A DNA stretch of 21,135 nt. It comes from a bacterium. GTDB taxonomy: Bacteria; Zhuqueibacterota; Zhuqueibacteria; Oceanimicrobiales; Oceanimicrobiaceae. Of this stretch, positions 1 to 7,569 are shown in pieces; the stretch's first letter is position 1; each line of letters opens with the position of its first letter. Under the pieces are notes generated by a model. That model was given only the letters and a program-made list of their open reading frames with translations, did not search any database and was not told the DNA's origin. Both the position numbers and the translations under genes were made by a program. The stretch spans positions 1-21,135 of the forward strand of contig JBBIIG010000065.1 of NCBI GenBank assembly GCA_037446635.1, written 5' to 3'.

Positions 1-2029
1 CTTTTCTGTTATTTGCGATGGTTTCTTTTGCTGCCTTCACCACGCCGTCCACGGTCAGGCCAAATTCTTCCAACAAATCTTTGATGGGCGCCGAGGCGCC
101 GTACACACGCAGTCCCACCACGCTGCCTTCGCGGTGGCGGCCAACGTAGCGCCGCCAGCCAAACGTCGAGCCCGCTTCCACTGCCACCCGCGCGCGCACC
201 GCTGCCGGCAGAACTTTCTCCCAGTACTCTGGTGGTTGACTTTCATAAAGACACCAGCACGGCATACTCACCACGCGCGACTTGACGCCTTCACTGGCGA
301 GCCTTTCGTGCGCCCCCAAACAAATTTGCACCTCGGAACCAGTGCCAATCAGAATCACATCGGGGGTGCCTTGGGAATCCGCCAGAATGTACGCGCCGCG
401 CAGCGCGCCCTCGGGCGAGGCGTATCTGCTGCGGTCGATGGTGGGGATCGCCTGCCGGGTGAGAATCAGCGCCACCGGACGATCTTTCAACTGCATGATA
501 TATTTCCACAGAACCGCGAGCTCATTGGCGTCCGCGGGACGAATGACCACGAGGTCGGGCATGGCCCGCAGCGAGGCCAAATGTTCAATGGGCTGATGCG
601 TGGGCCCGTCCTCGCCAACCCCGATGCTGTCATGAGTAAAAATGTAAATGACGGGCTGCTCCATCAAACAGGAGAGGCGAATGGAGCCGCGCATGTAATC
701 GGAAAAAATCAAGAACGTAGCGCCGTAGGGTCGTAGCTTGCTGAGCGCCATGCCGTTGACAATGGCCCCCATGGCGTGTTCGCGAATGCCAAAATGAAAA
801 TTGCGGCCGCCGCGGTTTTCTTTACTAAAACTGGTGGCGCTTTTGATGAGGGTTTTGGTGGAGGGCGCCAAATCCGCGGCGCCGCCCATAAACCACGGCA
901 CGCGCTCGGAAATGGCGGTGAGAATTTTGCTGTTGGCTTCGCGCCCGGCCAGTCCCTTGGCGTCGGCGGGGAAGGTCGGCAGGCCCGCGTCCCAACTTTT
1001 AGGCAGCTCGCGCTTCTGCATCAGCTCGAACTGTTTGGCCAGATCCGGGTACGCTTTCGAGTATGCCTGAAATTTGGCGTTCCACTCTTTCTCGAGCAAC
1101 TTGCCTTTGGCTACGACTTGATCGCGATATTTCTTGACTTCATCCGGCAGGTAAAATTTTTTGTCCGCATCCCAGCCGTAATTAATTTTGGTGGCGCGGA
1201 TTTCTTCTTCGCCTAATGGCTCGCCGTGCGCGCCGGAGGTGTCCTGTTTGTTGGGACTGCCGTAAGCGATGTGGCTGTCCACAATAATTAACGAAGGCCG
1301 CTCCGATTCCCTCACCGCGGTTTGGATGGCGCGCCGCAGCATGTCGAGATCGTTGGCGTCGCCGGCGCGCTGCACGTTCCAGTGGTAAGCCAGAAAGCGG
1401 GCCGCCACGTCCTCGCTAAACGCCAGCGCCGTGTTGCCTTCAATGGTGATGCGGTTGTTGTCATAAAACCAGATGAGATTATTCAAACCGAGGTGGCCCG
1501 CCAGCGACGCGGCTTCGCCGGAGATTCCCTCCATCATACAGCCGTCGCCGGCAATGGCAAAAATGCGGTAATCAATGATTTCGTGACCGGGCCGGTTGAA
1601 ATAATTGGCCAGCCATTTTTCGGCAATCGCCATGCCCACGCTGGTGGCGACGCCCTGGCCCAACGGCCCGGTGGTGGTTTCGACGCCGGGCGCGAGGCCG
1701 TACTCCGGATGTCCGGCGCACTTGCTGTGCAACTGCCGGAACCTCATGATGTCGTCCAGGGTGATGTCGTAGCCCATCATGTGCAACGTGCTGTAAAGCA
1801 GCATCGAGGCGTGGCCAGCCGAGAGCACAAAGCGATCGCGATTGGGCCAATCGGGATTGGCGGGATTGTGGCGAATGAAGCCATCCCAAAGCAGATAGGA
1901 AAGCGGCGCCAGGGCCATGGCGGTTCCGGGGTGTCCGGAGTTGGCCTTCTGCACGGCATCCATCGAAAGGGTGCGAATGGTGTTGATGCAGAGTTGTTCC
2001 AGGGTCGGTTTGGAAGTTGGAACGTTCAC
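1..2029 (-). CDS. tkt: Transketolase (stop codon outside the window, 3' end nearly complete)
   Basis: Absent from the ORF track because it runs off the edge. Manual translation from GTG at 2029 (GAGGG upstream) gives ..EQLCINTIRTLSMDAVQKANSGHPGTAMALAP.., with the ThDP motif AGDGCMMEG, THDSIGVGEDGPTHQP and C-terminal FGASAP..FGLTVDGVVKAAKETI. Confidence 0.97.
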   Translation of the reverse strand, partial: MNVPTSKPTLEQLCINTIRTLSMDAVQKANSGHPGTAMALAPLSYLLWDGFIRHNPANPDWPNRDRFVLSAGHASMLLYSTLHMMGYDITLDDIMRFRQLHSKCAGHPEYGLAPGVETTTGPLGQGVATSVGMAIAEKWLANYFNRPGHEIIDYRIFAIAGDGCMMEGISGEAASLAGHLGLNNLIWFYDNNRITIEGNTALAFSEDVAARFLAYHWNVQRAGDANDLDMLRRAIQTAVRESERPSLIIVDSHIAYGSPNKQDTSGAHGEPLGEEEIRATKINYGWDADKKFYLPDEVKKYRDQVVAKGKLLEKEWNAKFQAYSKAYPDLAKQFELMQKRELPKSWDAGLPTFPADAKGLAGREANSKILTAISERVPWFMGGAADLAPSTKTLIKSATSFSKENRGGRNFHFGIREHAMGAIVNGMALSKLRPYGATFLIFSDYMRGSIRLSCLMEQPVIYIFTHDSIGVGEDGPTHQPIEHLASLRAMPDLVVIRPADANELAVLWKYIMQLKDRPVALILTRQAIPTIDRSRYASPEGALRGAYILADSQGTPDVILIGTGSEVQICLGAHERLASEGVKSRVVSMPCWCLYESQPPEYWEKVLPAAVRARVAVEAGSTFGWRRYVGRHREGSVVGLRVYGASAPIKDLLEEFGLTVDGVVKAAKETIANNRK

Positions 2030-2090
2030 GAGCCCTCGCTGAGTTAGTTTTTGAAATTCAACAACACCGGAGCGGTGATTAATCTTCCCA

Positions 2091-2810
2091 TTAATATTTT
2101 CGAATGATCGCCAACATCTCGCGGACGGCTTTCTCCACTCCTACCATTACCGCTTTCGCGACAATGCTGTGGCCGATGTTCAGCTCTTCGATCTGTTCGA
2201 TTTCGAGAATATCGCGCACATTGTGGTAATTGAGTCCGTGGCCGGCGCTCACCCCCAATCCCAATTTCTGCGCGGCCATCGCCATCGAACGCAGCTTTTC
2301 CACTTCATCGGCGATGGCGCTGAGGTCTTCGGAATTGGCATACTGGCCGGTGTGCAGCTCGACGTAATCGGCGCCGCAGTGCACGGCGGCTTTCACTTGT
2401 TGAATATCCGGGTCGATGAACAACGACACGACGATGTTATGATCATGCAGTTGTTTGATCACCTCTTCGATCCAATCGCGGTTAGAAAAAACATCGAGTC
2501 CGCCCTCGGTGGTCACTTCCTCGCGGCGCTCCGGCACCAGCGTCACCATGTCCGGCGTCACTTCAGCAGCGATTTTGATCATCTCGTCGGTGGCGGCCAT
2601 TTCCAAATTCAGATGGGTTTTCACCATTTCTTTGAGAAGATACAAATCTTTGTCTTTGATGTGCCGGCGATCTTCCCGTAAATGACAAACGATGCCATCG
2701 ACGCCGGCCATTTCGGCCACCACCGCCGCCGCCACCGGATCCGGCAAATTGCCTTTGCGGGCCTCGCGCACCGTGGCAACGTGATCAACGTTGAATCCTA
2801 ATCTCACCAT
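2091..2810 (-). CDS. pdxJ: Pyridoxine 5'-phosphate synthase
   Basis: [59 protein letters not shown] and ELNIGHSI motifs. ATG at 2810 follows SD AGGAGG, preferred over the track start at 2867. Confidence 0.97.
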   Translation of the reverse strand: MVRLGFNVDHVATVREARKGNLPDPVAAAVVAEMAGVDGIVCHLREDRRHIKDKDLYLLKEMVKTHLNLEMAATDEMIKIAAEVTPDMVTLVPERREEVTTEGGLDVFSNRDWIEEVIKQLHDHNIVVSLFIDPDIQQVKAAVHCGADYVELHTGQYANSEDLSAIADEVEKLRSMAMAAQKLGLGVSAGHGLNYHNVRDILEIEQIEELNIGHSIVAKAVMVGVEKAVREMLAIIRKY

Positions 2811-2881
2811 GTTCCCTCCTAAATGATTGGGTAACAAGTAACTCAAAGCTCTGCTTTGCGATCGCAAACCTGAGGTTGGCG

Positions 2882-3967
2882 TTACTTCATCATCTCAGAA
2901 ACGTTTACCAATCTGAATCCGCGTTTCTCCAACTTTGGCAGTTCCTCCTGCAAAACTTTCAATGTCAGTTCCTGCGGGTGCCCGATGGCGATGGCGCCCC
3001 CCCTGCGGCCGGCGATCTCCGCCAGGTAAAGAATTTGCTGGCGGATAAACGGCGCCTCGGGAATGGCGTCCAAAAAAACATCGTTGACGGCGGTGGGAAT
3101 GCCGAACTTTTGCGCCCAGAAATGCGCCCGGGTGCCGGGGTCGGTGCGGCTGTCTAAAAAAAATAATCCGGTTTTGCTCACTTCCGCCATCATGCTCGCC
3201 AGCAGGGTATCATTTTCAGTGGCCAGGGACCCCATGTGATTGTTCAGCCCCACGGCGTGCGGAATCGCGGTGACGGCGCGGCGCACGCGATCGCGGATTT
3301 CATTTTCACCCATCTCGGTCAGCAGCACATAATCGTCGCGATCGATCTTACCATTTTTGGGCTCCATTGGCAGATGGATCATCACCTGCCGGTTTCGTTC
3401 ATGGGCGGCGTTCGCGACGGCCGCCGAATATTGGAGGCCGGGAATGATCGAAACTGTGAAGGTATGTTTCAACTCCAAAAAATTTTTGATCTCTGAATTG
3501 AACGTGTAGCCGAAATCATCGATGACCAGCGCGATCCGTCCGGCTGTTCGCGCGATAGAAGCATCTCGACGCAGGACGACGTTCATAAACGGCTGGTGCT
3601 CTATCGCCAGCGCCAGGGTCATGTTTTCGTCAAACGCGTCCGACTCCGCTTGCAAAATCTGCGCGCCTAATTCGCGGAACCTCGCCGCCAGCTCGGTATA
3701 AGGCTCGAGCACGGGCAGGTCGATGGGGATGCGCACGATTTTACTGCGGCTGTCGCCGGATATCCAATCCACCCGGATGCCGTACCCCAGCAAAACCTCA
3801 TAAAACGCCAGCCGGATGGCTTCCTCGCGATCGTAATCGGTGGGCCTCGGGTGCGGCGGCAGAAAATTCAGACCCGGCTCCGGGCGATCCAAAACGCGGA
3901 TCGCAACTAAAATCAAAGCGAGGATGAGTTGCGTCCACAACAGGCGGATTTTCCACAGCGCGACCAT
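2882..3967 (-). CDS. Divergent polysaccharide deacetylase family protein (YibQ-like) with N-terminal membrane anchor
   Basis: [37 protein letters not shown] and AIAIGHP motifs; hydrophobic N-terminal helix. Confidence 0.9.
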   Translation of the reverse strand: MVALWKIRLLWTQLILALILVAIRVLDRPEPGLNFLPPHPRPTDYDREEAIRLAFYEVLLGYGIRVDWISGDSRSKIVRIPIDLPVLEPYTELAARFRELGAQILQAESDAFDENMTLALAIEHQPFMNVVLRRDASIARTAGRIALVIDDFGYTFNSEIKNFLELKHTFTVSIIPGLQYSAAVANAAHERNRQVMIHLPMEPKNGKIDRDDYVLLTEMGENEIRDRVRRAVTAIPHAVGLNNHMGSLATENDTLLASMMAEVSKTGLFFLDSRTDPGTRAHFWAQKFGIPTAVNDVFLDAIPEAPFIRQQILYLAEIAGRRGGAIAIGHPQELTLKVLQEELPKLEKRGFRLVNVSEMMK

Positions 3968-3968
3968 C

Positions 3969-4550
3969 TCATTGAAACAAGGCTTTGAGCTCGCTCCAGG
4001 ATGGATCGACGCCGTTGGTGAAATCCTCCCATCGATAAATAGCCCAATCCCCGGTTTGATTTTTTTCTAACATAAAATTGGACAGCCCGCGATAAATAGT
4101 CGGGATGCCTTCTCCGCCGCGCGTGTGGCGAACGCTGATCTCATAATTGAGGCTGAAGCTCGCCTGCGTTGCACCCTCGCTGCGGTTCTGTTCAATAAAT
4201 CGCAGCGCCCGCGCGGAGTCGGCCGGCAACGCCTGAAACAAGCGGGTTAGATAACGGCGCTCGTCCTGCAGTTCCCAAAACTGAAACACGCCGGGATGAT
4301 TGGCGGCGGCGCGCTGGTCCGCCACGAAGGTGAAGCGCTGGCTCGAACGCGTTGTATCCACAAAGCTGCGAATGTAATTTTCCACGTTTTTTTCGCGCAC
4401 GGCAATTTGCAAATTGATGAACACAATATCCGGCGACGTGGGTGGAATGAACGTAGAAGTAGTTTGTTCGGGCGGCTCGGGCGTGCGGGTGTTAAACGGG
4501 TTCTCACAGGCCGCGATGAAAACAAGTAAGGTCAGTAGCCGAAATTTCAC
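3969..4550 (-). CDS. Hypothetical lipoprotein
   Basis: GTG start; MKFRLLTLLVFIAA-C lipobox signal, then Pro-rich linker ENPFNTRTPEPP; ends 1 nt before the next gene's start. Confidence 0.8.
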   Translation of the reverse strand: MKFRLLTLLVFIAACENPFNTRTPEPPEQTTSTFIPPTSPDIVFINLQIAVREKNVENYIRSFVDTTRSSQRFTFVADQRAAANHPGVFQFWELQDERRYLTRLFQALPADSARALRFIEQNRSEGATQASFSLNYEISVRHTRGGEGIPTIYRGLSNFMLEKNQTGDWAIYRWEDFTNGVDPSWSELKALFQ

Positions 4551-4580
4551 TTAATATGTTCCAACTTTAAGTACGCTGGA

Positions 4581-4608
4581 AATATAGCAGATTAATATTT
4601 TTATTCAA
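4581..4608 (-). promoter_or_regulatory. Putative sigma70 promoter for the lipoprotein-deacetylase-pdxJ-tkt run
   Basis: Minus strand TTGAAT-16 nt-TATATT in the AT-rich divergent gap. Confidence 0.45.
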
Positions 4609-4659
4609 GGGGATTTTTGGAACCATGAAATGTCGGATTGCCTAACTTCAACTTAGTGC

Positions 4660-4688
4660 TTGCAAACTGAGCGCAGTTTCTTTATTTT
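4660..4688 (+). promoter_or_regulatory. Putative sigma70 promoter of the homoaconitase gene, with a dyad (AAACTG-N4-CAGTTT) in the spacer
   Basis: TTGCAA(4660-4665)-17 nt-TATTTT(4683-4688); inverted repeat at 4664-4679. Confidence 0.4.
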
Positions 4689-4756
4689 GATGGGCCATTA
4701 GTTTGAAATGATTTAATCTATCTGATATTCCTCGCTGATTGGAGGTAGATAAACCC

Positions 4757-6733
4757 ATGCCCCAAACCCTGATTGAAAAAATCGCCCAGCGCTATGCTGT
4801 TGGATTAGACCCCGGACAGGAAGTCCATGCCGGCGATTACATCTCCATCCGCCCGGCCTATTGCATGACCCACGACAACACCGGCGCGGTCATCCCGAAA
4901 TTCAAAAGCATCGGTGCTACGAAAGTTGCCCATCCCCGGCAACTGGTTTTTTGCATCGACCACGACATCCAAAATAAGTCGGAAAAAAATTTGCAGAAGT
5001 ACGCCGGCATCGAGGCGTTTGCCCGCGAGCACGGCGTGGACTTTTACCCGGCGGGGCGCGGCATCGGCCACCAGGTGATGGTGGAAGAGGGCTATGCCTG
5101 GCCGGGCACCCTGGCGGTGGCATCGGACAGCCACTCCAACATGTACGGCGGGATCGGCTGTCTCGGTACGCCCATCGTGCGAACCGACGCCGCGGCCATC
5201 TGGGCCACGGGACGAACCTGGTGGCAGGTGCCGCCGGTGGCGAAGGTGGAATTCACTGGCCGGCTCCAGCCGGGCGTCACCGGCAAAGATGTCATCATCA
5301 CCCTGTGCGGATTTTTCAACAAAGACGACGTGCTGAATCACGTGGTGGAATTCGTCGGCGACGGTGTGCAGCATCTCGCCCTCGACGAACGGCTCACCAT
5401 CGCCAACATGACCACCGAGTGGGGCGCGCTGGCCGGTGTTTTTCCAATCGACAAAGTCACGCTGGATTGGCTGAAACAGCGCGCGGCGTTCATCCAAAAA
5501 CGGGGACTGGCGGGCGTGGTCTCCGACGCCGATGGCGACGGCGCGCATCCGCGTATCAACGAAAAACGCATCGCGCAATTGCAAAAAGAACTGCCCAATC
5601 TGCAGGCCGATGCCGACGCCTACTACGCCAAAGAATTGACGCTTGATTTGTCCACCATTCAGCCGCACGTTTCCGGCCCCAACACCGTGAAAGACATGAC
5701 CGCTATTTCCGACATCCGTTCGCGGCAGGTGAAAATCCAAAAGGCGTATCTCGTCTCCTGTGTCAATAGCCGCGTGGATGACATTGCCGAAGCCGCGGCG
5801 GTTTTGCGCGGGAAAAAAATCGCGGCGGGCGTGCAGTTTTACATCGCTGCCGCCTCCAGCGAGGTGCAGTCCGAAAGCGAGAAGCGCGGCGACTGGCAGG
5901 CGCTGCTGGACGCCGGCGCCATTCCATTGCCGCCGGGCTGCGGGCCGTGCATCGGACTGGGAGTCGGTTTGCTCGAAGACGGCGAGGTGGGCATCTCCGC
6001 CACCAATCGCAATTTCAAAGGACGAATGGGGTCGCCCAACGCGCAGGCCTATTTAAGCTCCCCGGCCGTAGTGGCAGCATCGGCGCTGGCGGGATTCATC
6101 GATTATCCCGGCGAATGGGTGAGCAGCCAACCGCGCGGTGCGATTCGCATCAACGAGAAACCGAAACGGGCGGCGGCAAAAATTCGCCTTCTCGAAGGGT
6201 TTCCGGCGACGATTGAAGGCGAGCTGATTTTCTGCCATCAAGACAACCTCAACACCGATGGCATTTATCCCGGCAAATACACTTATATCGATGACTTCAC
6301 GCCGGAGCAGCAAGCCGGCGTGGTGATGGAAAATTACGATCCGGAATTTAAGAACCTCGTAAAGAAGGGCGACATCCTCGTGGGGGGCTTCAACTTCGGC
6401 ACCGGCAGCTCGCGCGAGCAAGCAGCGACGTGTCTCAAGTATCGCGGCATCGCGCTGGTGCTGGCCGGTTCGTTCAGCGAAACTTATAAACGCAACGCCC
6501 TCAACAACGGCTACCTCACCCTCGAGGCCGAGGAACTGGTGCGCGATTTGAAAGCGAGGTTCGGCACCTCGAAACTCACGGTTCGCACTGGCATGCACGC
6601 GCAGATCGATTTCCAGCGCGCGGTGCTTTTGGCTGACGGAAAAGAGTATCCCGTGGCTGCGGTGGGGGCGGCAGCTCAGGAGTTGGTGCTGGCAGGAGGG
6701 CTGGAGAATTGGGTGAAGGCGAATCTCCACTAG
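4757..6733 (+). CDS. lysF: Homoaconitase (homoaconitate hydratase), single chain with fused large and swivel domains, fungal Lys4/LysF type
   Basis: Aconitase-family [4Fe-4S] cysteines SCVNSR and GCGPCIG; MTHDN, DHDIQNKS, GRGIGHQ, DSHSNMYGG, RTDAAAIWATGRTWWQ, ISATNRNFKGRMG; swivel domain NTDGIYPGKYTY and NFGTGSSREQA. ATG at 4757 with GGAGG at 4741-4745. Confidence 0.88.
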   Translation: MPQTLIEKIAQRYAVGLDPGQEVHAGDYISIRPAYCMTHDNTGAVIPKFKSIGATKVAHPRQLVFCIDHDIQNKSEKNLQKYAGIEAFAREHGVDFYPAGRGIGHQVMVEEGYAWPGTLAVASDSHSNMYGGIGCLGTPIVRTDAAAIWATGRTWWQVPPVAKVEFTGRLQPGVTGKDVIITLCGFFNKDDVLNHVVEFVGDGVQHLALDERLTIANMTTEWGALAGVFPIDKVTLDWLKQRAAFIQKRGLAGVVSDADGDGAHPRINEKRIAQLQKELPNLQADADAYYAKELTLDLSTIQPHVSGPNTVKDMTAISDIRSRQVKIQKAYLVSCVNSRVDDIAEAAAVLRGKKIAAGVQFYIAAASSEVQSESEKRGDWQALLDAGAIPLPPGCGPCIGLGVGLLEDGEVGISATNRNFKGRMGSPNAQAYLSSPAVVAASALAGFIDYPGEWVSSQPRGAIRINEKPKRAAAKIRLLEGFPATIEGELIFCHQDNLNTDGIYPGKYTYIDDFTPEQQAGVVMENYDPEFKNLVKKGDILVGGFNFGTGSSREQAATCLKYRGIALVLAGSFSETYKRNALNNGYLTLEAEELVRDLKARFGTSKLTVRTGMHAQIDFQRAVLLADGKEYPVAAVGAAAQELVLAGGLENWVKANLH

Positions 6734-6746
6734 TTGGCTAAGCAAA

Positions 6747-6843
6747 TTCACAATTCTCAATTGATCGTTCACCATTGGCAATTTATGTTCGCCAATTAAT
6801 ATTGATAACGGTGATTTGCGAACGGTCAATGGTTAATTGTGAA
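6747..6843. repeat. Heptamer-built imperfect inverted repeat between convergent genes; possible bidirectional terminator
   Basis: Left arm ttcacaa ttctcaa ttgatcg ttcacca ttggcaa has a 7-nt period. 6747-6770 matches the reverse complement of 6820-6843 at 20 of 24 positions. Confidence 0.6.
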
Positions 6844-7369
6844 CCGACTTTTTGCCAGAATCTTTCCTAAGCTCTACCATCTTCGCAATATGATGATCAT
6901 CATGTTCCGCGGTGAAAAACGCCAGGTCTATCACCCGCATCGGCTGGTTTAATCGTGGATGTAGGGCGGTTCTCGCCAAAACTTCTTCCTCCAATTCCTC
7001 CAAACGGTTCACGAAATTCATCCGCAGAGAGCGAAACGAGGCCAGCAAAGTTTGAATTGGTTTTGAGTTGTGATCGGCCTCGTGGGTTTTGCGATTGGTC
7101 AAGTCCGCGGGCCGCAGCACTTTGGCGTTGGCAAGAAAATCGTCGATGCGGCCATCGTGCAGGGTTTCAAGATCGCCTAAGTGTCCCACGTGCTCTTGAA
7201 TTGACCAGCCGCCGTTGACGCGCCGCGTCAGAATCTCAGACGGCAAAGTTTGAATCAACTCATCCAATCGCGCCGGCGTGCCGCGCAGCCGTGCGATGAT
7301 ACACGGGAAAATCCCGATGGGGTAATCAAAATTGAATGTGCGTTCGAACCATTTGATTTGAGCGATCAT
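6833..7369 (-). CDS. DinB/YfiT-family four-helix metalloprotein (putative thiol S-transferase)
   Basis: LRGTPARL, GWSIQEHVGHL and AEHDDHH metal-binding His pattern; SD GGAGGG upstream of ATG 7369. Confidence 0.88.
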   Translation of the reverse strand: MIAQIKWFERTFNFDYPIGIFPCIIARLRGTPARLDELIQTLPSEILTRRVNGGWSIQEHVGHLGDLETLHDGRIDDFLANAKVLRPADLTNRKTHEADHNSKPIQTLLASFRSLRMNFVNRLEELEEEVLARTALHPRLNQPMRVIDLAFFTAEHDDHHIAKMVELRKDSGKKSVHN

Positions 7370-7494
7370 TTTACCCTCCGTTTTTTGAATGTAATTTACT
7401 GCGCGAGTCCAAGAAAAGGTGCACCAAACTCCGGATATTTGAGACCCCGGAGTTTGTTTGTGTTCGATTCATATTCACGAAGCGGGATTAATCG

Positions 7495-7523
7495 TTGACA
7501 AAAAGCGGTTGTTTTTTTAAATT
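7495..7523 (+). promoter_or_regulatory. Sigma70-type promoter of the TonB-dependent receptor
   Basis: Perfect TTGACA (7495-7500), 17-nt spacer, TAAATT (7518-7523); SD GGAGGA at about 7553. Confidence 0.65.
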
Positions 7524-7569
7524 GCTGAAAATTTTTTTGACCATCAGTTGACGGAGGAACTCATTTAAT

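Noticed and set aside
134..2047. Plus-strand ORFs 134..736, 776..1216 and 1322..2047
   Set aside because: Antisense shadows of the minus-strand transketolase; no recognisable motifs.
2811..2867. N-terminal extension of pdxJ in the ORF track
   Set aside because: It contains the SD AGGAGG of the ATG at 2810, where family similarity begins.
4757..6733. Calling the aconitase-family gene leuC/leuD or acnA
   Set aside because: The fused 658-aa layout and the DHDIQN, WATGRTWWQ and GIYPGKYTY motifs fit Lys4-type homoaconitase better.
4805..6829. Long minus-strand ORFs 4805..5740 and 6053..6829
   Set aside because: Antisense to the homoaconitase; expected in GC-rich coding DNA.
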